From Leptospiraceae bacterium (GTDB taxonomy: Bacteria; Spirochaetota; Leptospiria; Leptospirales; Leptospiraceae): 21,190 nucleotides of DNA. A model generated the notes under the pieces. It searched no databases. It was not told the origin of the DNA and saw only the letters and a program-made list of their open reading frames with translations. Below, in pieces: positions 16,887 through 21,190 of this stretch. Made by a program: the position numbers and the translations under genes. The stretch is from NCBI GenBank assembly GCA_024233875.1, contig JACKPB010000009.1, positions 1 to 21,190 of the forward strand, written 5' to 3'. The stretch's first letter is position 1; the number at the start of each line of letters is the position of its first letter.

Positions 16887-18143
16887 TCATATATCTCTAA
16901 CCAATCGAATAAAATTATATATACGTATCACATCCCCCTGAGGACCGAAACCTCTCGGAAATTTAGAAGGATCTCCCTGTTTCGGATCACTTCTCTGTGC
17001 TCCGGCACCATGAACGTCCATTAAATGAACTGGAGCAAAAGGAATAGGAGGCCCCATATATCCTAAAGCTTCACCGAAAGAAATGTATACTGCCGATCCG
17101 GCACCCAACTGACCGACATGGGTAGTGGAAGTCCAGAAGAAGGGGTAATTCTTTAATCCCTTTTCCAAAGATAATTTTGTAATATTAAAAATTGGATCGA
17201 TTGCAGCCGAATCGGTACTCTGTGGAGATCTACTGTAGTCCACAATGCTATGCAGTTCTTTGGCATTTGGCAATCTCCAATCCGAATAACCTAAGTAGTT
17301 CTCCTTATTCTTCTTCTGTACCCATTCTAGAGCTGATTCCCAATTCATTCCGGTTCCACTGTCATTTTTATCCCACATCAAACCAGTAGACAAATCACTT
17401 ATTGTCCCATTTTTATTATCCTGAAAATGATTTAGCCCGTAATCCTCACTTCCCCTAACATATCTTACAGTAAACTTTTTTCCTTTTCCGGAACGCGGAT
17501 CTATGATCGGATACCCCTTTATCCTACCATCTGCCACATTGAGTCCAAAAACTGTATCCTGTCCCCCCATTGTCTTACCATGATATACAGAAGAGGACAA
17601 TAGCTGAGTGTCTATAGGTCTTTCACCATTCGATCCATATTTAAATGCAAATATAGAATCCAGAAAAGGTTTAGAATTTGGTGGAACTTCTGACATATTT
17701 CGAGAACTTGCATCGATACCATTGAAGAGTACAAGAGAATAAAGTTCTTTTATCCTTGGAAGTCTCCAGTCTGTTTTCCCACCCAATGAAAAAGTTCTCA
17801 ATCTTTCGATCGCTTCTGCATAACTCAGGACTTCAAAAGATTTTTGCCAGATCAGTCCTGTATTCTTGTCCAGAACCATTCCTTCTCCAAGGATTTCATA
17901 CGATGGTGGATTTTTGAGAAAATGAGCGTCCTGACCGTAGTATGCTTCTCCCTTTTGAGGTTTGGATATTTTGGTAAAATTATCATAGAAATCAACCTGA
18001 CCGGTATCTACTATAGGATAATTTCCTTTCTTGTCTGTTCTTTGGTTTTCAACAGGAAATTTTTGGGATTTTGGTAGGTCTCTATTCGGACCGCAGAATA
18101 AGATAAAAAACAATCCAAATACAATAATATATTTATAGACCAA
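16887..18143 (-). CDS. DUF1566 / Lcl C-terminal-domain lipoprotein (member of a Leptospira paralogous family).
   Basis: 418 aa. Signal peptide plus Cys (FFILFCG). Two copies of the DUF1566 hallmark (GKTDWRLPRIKELYSLV and GYSDWRLPNAKELHSIVDY). Confidence 0.7.
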   Translation of the reverse strand: MVYKYIIVFGLFFILFCGPNRDLPKSQKFPVENQRTDKKGNYPIVDTGQVDFYDNFTKISKPQKGEAYYGQDAHFLKNPPSYEILGEGMVLDKNTGLIWQKSFEVLSYAEAIERLRTFSLGGKTDWRLPRIKELYSLVLFNGIDASSRNMSEVPPNSKPFLDSIFAFKYGSNGERPIDTQLLSSSVYHGKTMGGQDTVFGLNVADGRIKGYPIIDPRSGKGKKFTVRYVRGSEDYGLNHFQDNKNGTISDLSTGLMWDKNDSGTGMNWESALEWVQKKNKENYLGYSDWRLPNAKELHSIVDYSRSPQSTDSAAIDPIFNITKLSLEKGLKNYPFFWTSTTHVGQLGAGSAVYISFGEALGYMGPPIPFAPVHLMDVHGAGAQRSDPKQGDPSKFPRGFGPQGDVIRIYNFIRLVRDI

Positions 18144-18150
18144 TCTTTCA

Positions 18151-18906
18151 TTAACCTCTTTTGTGTTCGGGATTTACTTTATGATACAAGTGAAATGCGG
18201 CGATGGAGCCCAAGACAGGAGCGAGAAAATAACCGATGATCGGGATAAAATTGAATAGCATTTGACTGAACCCCAATCCTATGATCTCCATTTTTCGGGT
18301 CTTGAGAACTGAAGACTTAGCACCATAACTCGGAAAACGGGTTTCCAGAACAGGATCATAGCTACTTCTCCCCAAAATGTATGCCTGCGAACTTAAGAAT
18401 AGTATTGGTTGAAGGGGCCCGAGAAAAAAACCCAGGAAGAAAAAAAATATAGAATAAACAAGATAGATAATCGTAGCCCGAATCCCTTCGAGAAACAATT
18501 TGATTTCTTTGGTTAAAGAAAAAGCTTCTGGTTCCGCCGGAATCAATTTGTCTTCCAGTTTTTGAATCAATATACTGATAAATGGTTGAACTAAGATGGA
18601 AAGGAGAAATCGATAGAAGAGATAAGATACCAGAGCATACAGAATAAGTACTACAATGTATAGAAACACTCCGAAACTTTTAGCAAACTTCAACCAGAAC
18701 CCATCACTAAAATTGCTCTCTATATTGGATGAATAGAGAGTATCCAAATAAGGGAGTCCTTGAAATATAGCAAAATATCCAATCAACCCAATCAGTGAAC
18801 CACTCATGAGCGATGGAATTATAAGATATTTAAAATATTCAAATTTTTTAATATAATAAAATCCAATTTTTATTGATTTGAACCCATTCCAAAATTGTAT
18901 CATCAC
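18151..18906 (-). CDS. Polytopic membrane protein, EI24/CysZ-family-like.
   Basis: 251 aa with about 5-6 hydrophobic segments and a size typical of CysZ. Separated by 7-8 bp from its neighbours on both sides. The family call is tentative. Confidence 0.45.
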   Translation of the reverse strand: MMIQFWNGFKSIKIGFYYIKKFEYFKYLIIPSLMSGSLIGLIGYFAIFQGLPYLDTLYSSNIESNFSDGFWLKFAKSFGVFLYIVVLILYALVSYLFYRFLLSILVQPFISILIQKLEDKLIPAEPEAFSLTKEIKLFLEGIRATIIYLVYSIFFFFLGFFLGPLQPILFLSSQAYILGRSSYDPVLETRFPSYGAKSSVLKTRKMEIIGLGFSQMLFNFIPIIGYFLAPVLGSIAAFHLYHKVNPEHKRG

Positions 18907-18914
18907 ACAAGATC

Positions 18915-20096
18915 TTATTTTTTTGATTTGTTCAATGAAGAATCGATATCCTTAATGATATCATCAATATGCTCCAATCCTACTGAGATTCGAATCAACC
19001 CGGGTTCAATCCCAACAAGTTTTCGCTCTTCATCACTCAATTTCGAATGTGTGGTTGATGCGGGATGAGTTGCTATGGATCTTGTATCACCGAGGTTGGC
19101 TGAATGAGATAGCATTTCCAGTCCGTTCAAAAAATCTCTTCCCCTTTCGATTCCCCCTTTTACCTGAAACGAAACGATTCCTCCACCCAACTTCATTTGC
19201 TTTCTGGCGATTTCATATTGAGGATGGGATGGTAAAAATGGATACTTTACAGACTCTACTTCCGAATGGTTTTCCAGATAGGTTGCCAATTTGTAAGCAT
19301 TCTCGGAGTGCTTTTCCATACGGATCGCCAGAGTTTCCAAACTCTTGGAAAGAACCCAGGCATTGAAAGGTGAGAGTGCGGGTCCTGTATGACGCGCAAA
19401 GAAACGAATGTCTTTGATCAGCTCTTTCTTCCCAACGACCACACCTCCGATGGTTCTACCCTGCCCATCCAAATACTTTGTAGCCGAATGAATACTCAAA
19501 TGAGCTCCATACTTTCCCGGATTTTGGATGTAAGGTGTTGAAAAACAATTGTCTACTGCCAGAATCAGTTTGTGCTTTTCGGACAACTTGCCCAACCACT
19601 CCAGATCAATAATGTCCAGAGCGGGATTGGATGGTGTCTCTACAAATATCATTTTTGTAGTACGCTTTATTGCAGACGCCCATTTTTCCGGTTTTTGAAT
19701 GTCCACATAAGTAAAGTCAATGTTCCATTTTGGAAAGATCTGAGTCAGAATTTGATGTGTTGATCCGAATACAGAACGTGATACAAGAATATGATCCCCC
19801 GACTTCAAAAGTCCGGCCAGGGTAGAGAAAACAGCAGACATTCCGGAAGCCGTAGAAATACCATCTTCCATATCTTCCATGCGACAGATCTTTTCGACAA
19901 ACTCAGAACTATTTGGATTCGAAAACCGGGTGTAGATATTCCCGGGTTCTTCATCAGCAAAAAGAGCCCTCGCCTGTTCTGCTGATTCAAAAACAAAACT
20001 GGAAGTTGCAAAAATAGGAGTAGAATGCTCTCTCTCTTTCCCTCTTTCTGTTTGAATTCGTATCGCTAGGGTTTCAAAATTTTCATGTTCATTCAT
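18915..20096 (-). CDS. PLP-dependent Cys/Met-metabolism enzyme, O-succinyl/O-acetylhomoserine sulfhydrylase-like (MetZ/MetY).
   Basis: The PLP-lysine motif SATKYLDGQGRTIGGVVVG plus FATSSF and Y.RFSNPN N-terminal motifs. The start is chosen at MNEHENF (ATG 20094-20096), 1 nt after the rhodanese stop, rather than at the extended ORF start at 20150. Confidence 0.8.
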   Translation of the reverse strand: MNEHENFETLAIRIQTERGKEREHSTPIFATSSFVFESAEQARALFADEEPGNIYTRFSNPNSSEFVEKICRMEDMEDGISTASGMSAVFSTLAGLLKSGDHILVSRSVFGSTHQILTQIFPKWNIDFTYVDIQKPEKWASAIKRTTKMIFVETPSNPALDIIDLEWLGKLSEKHKLILAVDNCFSTPYIQNPGKYGAHLSIHSATKYLDGQGRTIGGVVVGKKELIKDIRFFARHTGPALSPFNAWVLSKSLETLAIRMEKHSENAYKLATYLENHSEVESVKYPFLPSHPQYEIARKQMKLGGGIVSFQVKGGIERGRDFLNGLEMLSHSANLGDTRSIATHPASTTHSKLSDEERKLVGIEPGLIRISVGLEHIDDIIKDIDSSLNKSKK

Positions 20097-20097
20097 C

Positions 20098-20451
20098 TCA
20101 ATACCTGGGAAGGGATGGATCGATTTTCTCAGCCCATTCCAAAATCCCACCTACGACATTGTATAGATTTTCCCATCCAAATTCTTTTTGTAGAGCCAGA
20201 ACTATGTCTTCACTTCGCTTGCCACTTCTGCAAAGAACAGCTATGGTTTCCTTCTTGGAATCAATTTCCTGATACCTTTTTAAGACTTCGCCCTTGGGTA
20301 TCAATTTTCCTCCAATATTCACCATATCGAATTCATTCTTTTCGCGTACATCGATCAATTCTATCGATTGATTTGAATCCAGTTTAGTTTTCAGTTCCTG
20401 AACTGTGAGTTCTTTTACAATTTTTGGATTAAATGTCATTTTATTTCCCAT
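20098..20451 (-). CDS. Single-domain rhodanese-like sulfurtransferase.
   Basis: 117 aa. Active-site loop CRSGKRS, with the surrounding IDVRE…GG…W pattern of rhodanese domains. Confidence 0.8.
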   Translation of the reverse strand: MGNKMTFNPKIVKELTVQELKTKLDSNQSIELIDVREKNEFDMVNIGGKLIPKGEVLKRYQEIDSKKETIAVLCRSGKRSEDIVLALQKEFGWENLYNVVGGILEWAEKIDPSLPRY

Positions 20452-20731
20452 GCAAAATCATTCTTATTCTGATTTAGTCATTTATAAAAATACTTTATGA
20501 ATAAACTCGAATCTAAATGAATCCAAGACCTTTTTCTGAGATTTTTAACAATTCCAAACTCTGGGAAGACTCTGTCAACCGTTTGATCGTTGGAAAAGTA
20601 TTGAAATCGAGAGGAAATCCCCAAAAATTCTACGCATTTCCTTATGAATTTCCTGAATCTAGATAAATTCCAGAAAAATTAGTTGATTCTATCTCTCTCA
20701 ATAGTAAATTGTCGTCAGTTTGAAGGTGGGT

Positions 20732-21190
20732 ATGACTGATACTTCCATAAAAGAGATAATCAATCATGATTTGTTAGAAAATTCTAACACTCATGAATAC
20801 AAACAGGGTGATGTGATTATTTCCGAAGGCGATGCCTCCAATGAAACTATGTACTTTATCGTACACGGAACTCTTTCAGTGTACAAAGAAAGAAATAAAG
20901 TCTTGGAAGAAATCAATCAACTCAGTGCCGGTGAGTTTTTCGGTGAGATTGCTTTGGTATCCGACCAACAGAGAACTGCTTCCATCTTAGTCAAATCCGA
21001 TTCAGCCAAACTCATCCTCTTTAGCAAAAGTAAGTTCGTTAAGCAAACACGTTCCAATCCTGCTCTTATGTTTACGATTCTAAGAGCGGCAGTTGCCAGA
21101 GTCTTCAAAGCAGAGACTTCTTTTGAGCAACTCCTCAAAGCCTTCTATAATTTCCGCCCGGAGATCATAAGCAAACTCAACCAAAATAAA
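20732..21190 (+). CDS. Cyclic-nucleotide-binding domain protein (partial; continues beyond the window).
   Basis: AAGGTGG Shine-Dalgarno sequence before the ATG at 20732. The cNMP-binding signature GEFFGEIAL…RTAS is present. No stop codon occurs before position 21190. Confidence 0.7.
   Translation, partial: MTDTSIKEIINHDLLENSNTHEYKQGDVIISEGDASNETMYFIVHGTLSVYKERNKVLEEINQLSAGEFFGEIALVSDQQRTASILVKSDSAKLILFSKSKFVKQTRSNPALMFTILRAAVARVFKAETSFEQLLKAFYNFRPEIISKLNQNK

Noticed and set aside
19049-20387. Plus-strand ORFs antisense to the sulfhydrylase and rhodanese genes (19049-19366, 19572-19763, 19791-19985, 20085-20387)
   Set aside because: They are shadow ORFs opposite well-supported genes with catalytic motifs.
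20452-20731. SAM riboswitch upstream of the rhodanese-sulfhydrylase cluster
   Set aside because: It would be expected on the minus strand of this leader, but no recognisable SAM-I core (conserved GA-rich and GGC pairing elements) was seen by eye. It is left as something to test rather than a call.

Overview
Low-GC, spirochaete-like (Leptospira-style) chromosomal window. The two ends carry ordinary genes. At the 5' end: a partial TetR-like C-terminus, an SDR oxidoreductase, a convergent Tat-exported flavin amine oxidase, a small lipoprotein and a 740-aa NHL-repeat lipoprotein. At the 3' end: three tandem TRL-like small lipoprotein paralogs, a coiled-coil protein with a C-terminal PGWGQ motif, a DUF1566/Lcl-like lipoprotein, a tightly packed minus-strand rhodanese / Cys-Met PLP sulfhydrylase / EI24(CysZ)-like membrane protein cluster, and a partial cNMP-binding protein. 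The centre, about 6.4 to 14.4 kb, is a mosaic tandem-repeat array of about 13 units of roughly 243 bp or 325 bp, including five byte-identical 219-nt stretches. The ~243-bp units have minigene architecture: a Shine-Dalgarno sequence, an ATG, a 59-60 codon very basic ORF, a TAG stop and an intrinsic-terminator-like hairpin immediately after. The array is interrupted by a complete three-ORF IS66-family element (no target-site duplication visible) and by an AAA/DUF4143-type ATPase gene preceded by a perfect 18-bp palindrome. No CRISPR array, cas genes, rRNA or tRNA were recognised. The repeat array and its embedded genes are the part most worth follow-up. All functional calls are motif-based readings by eye, with no database searches.
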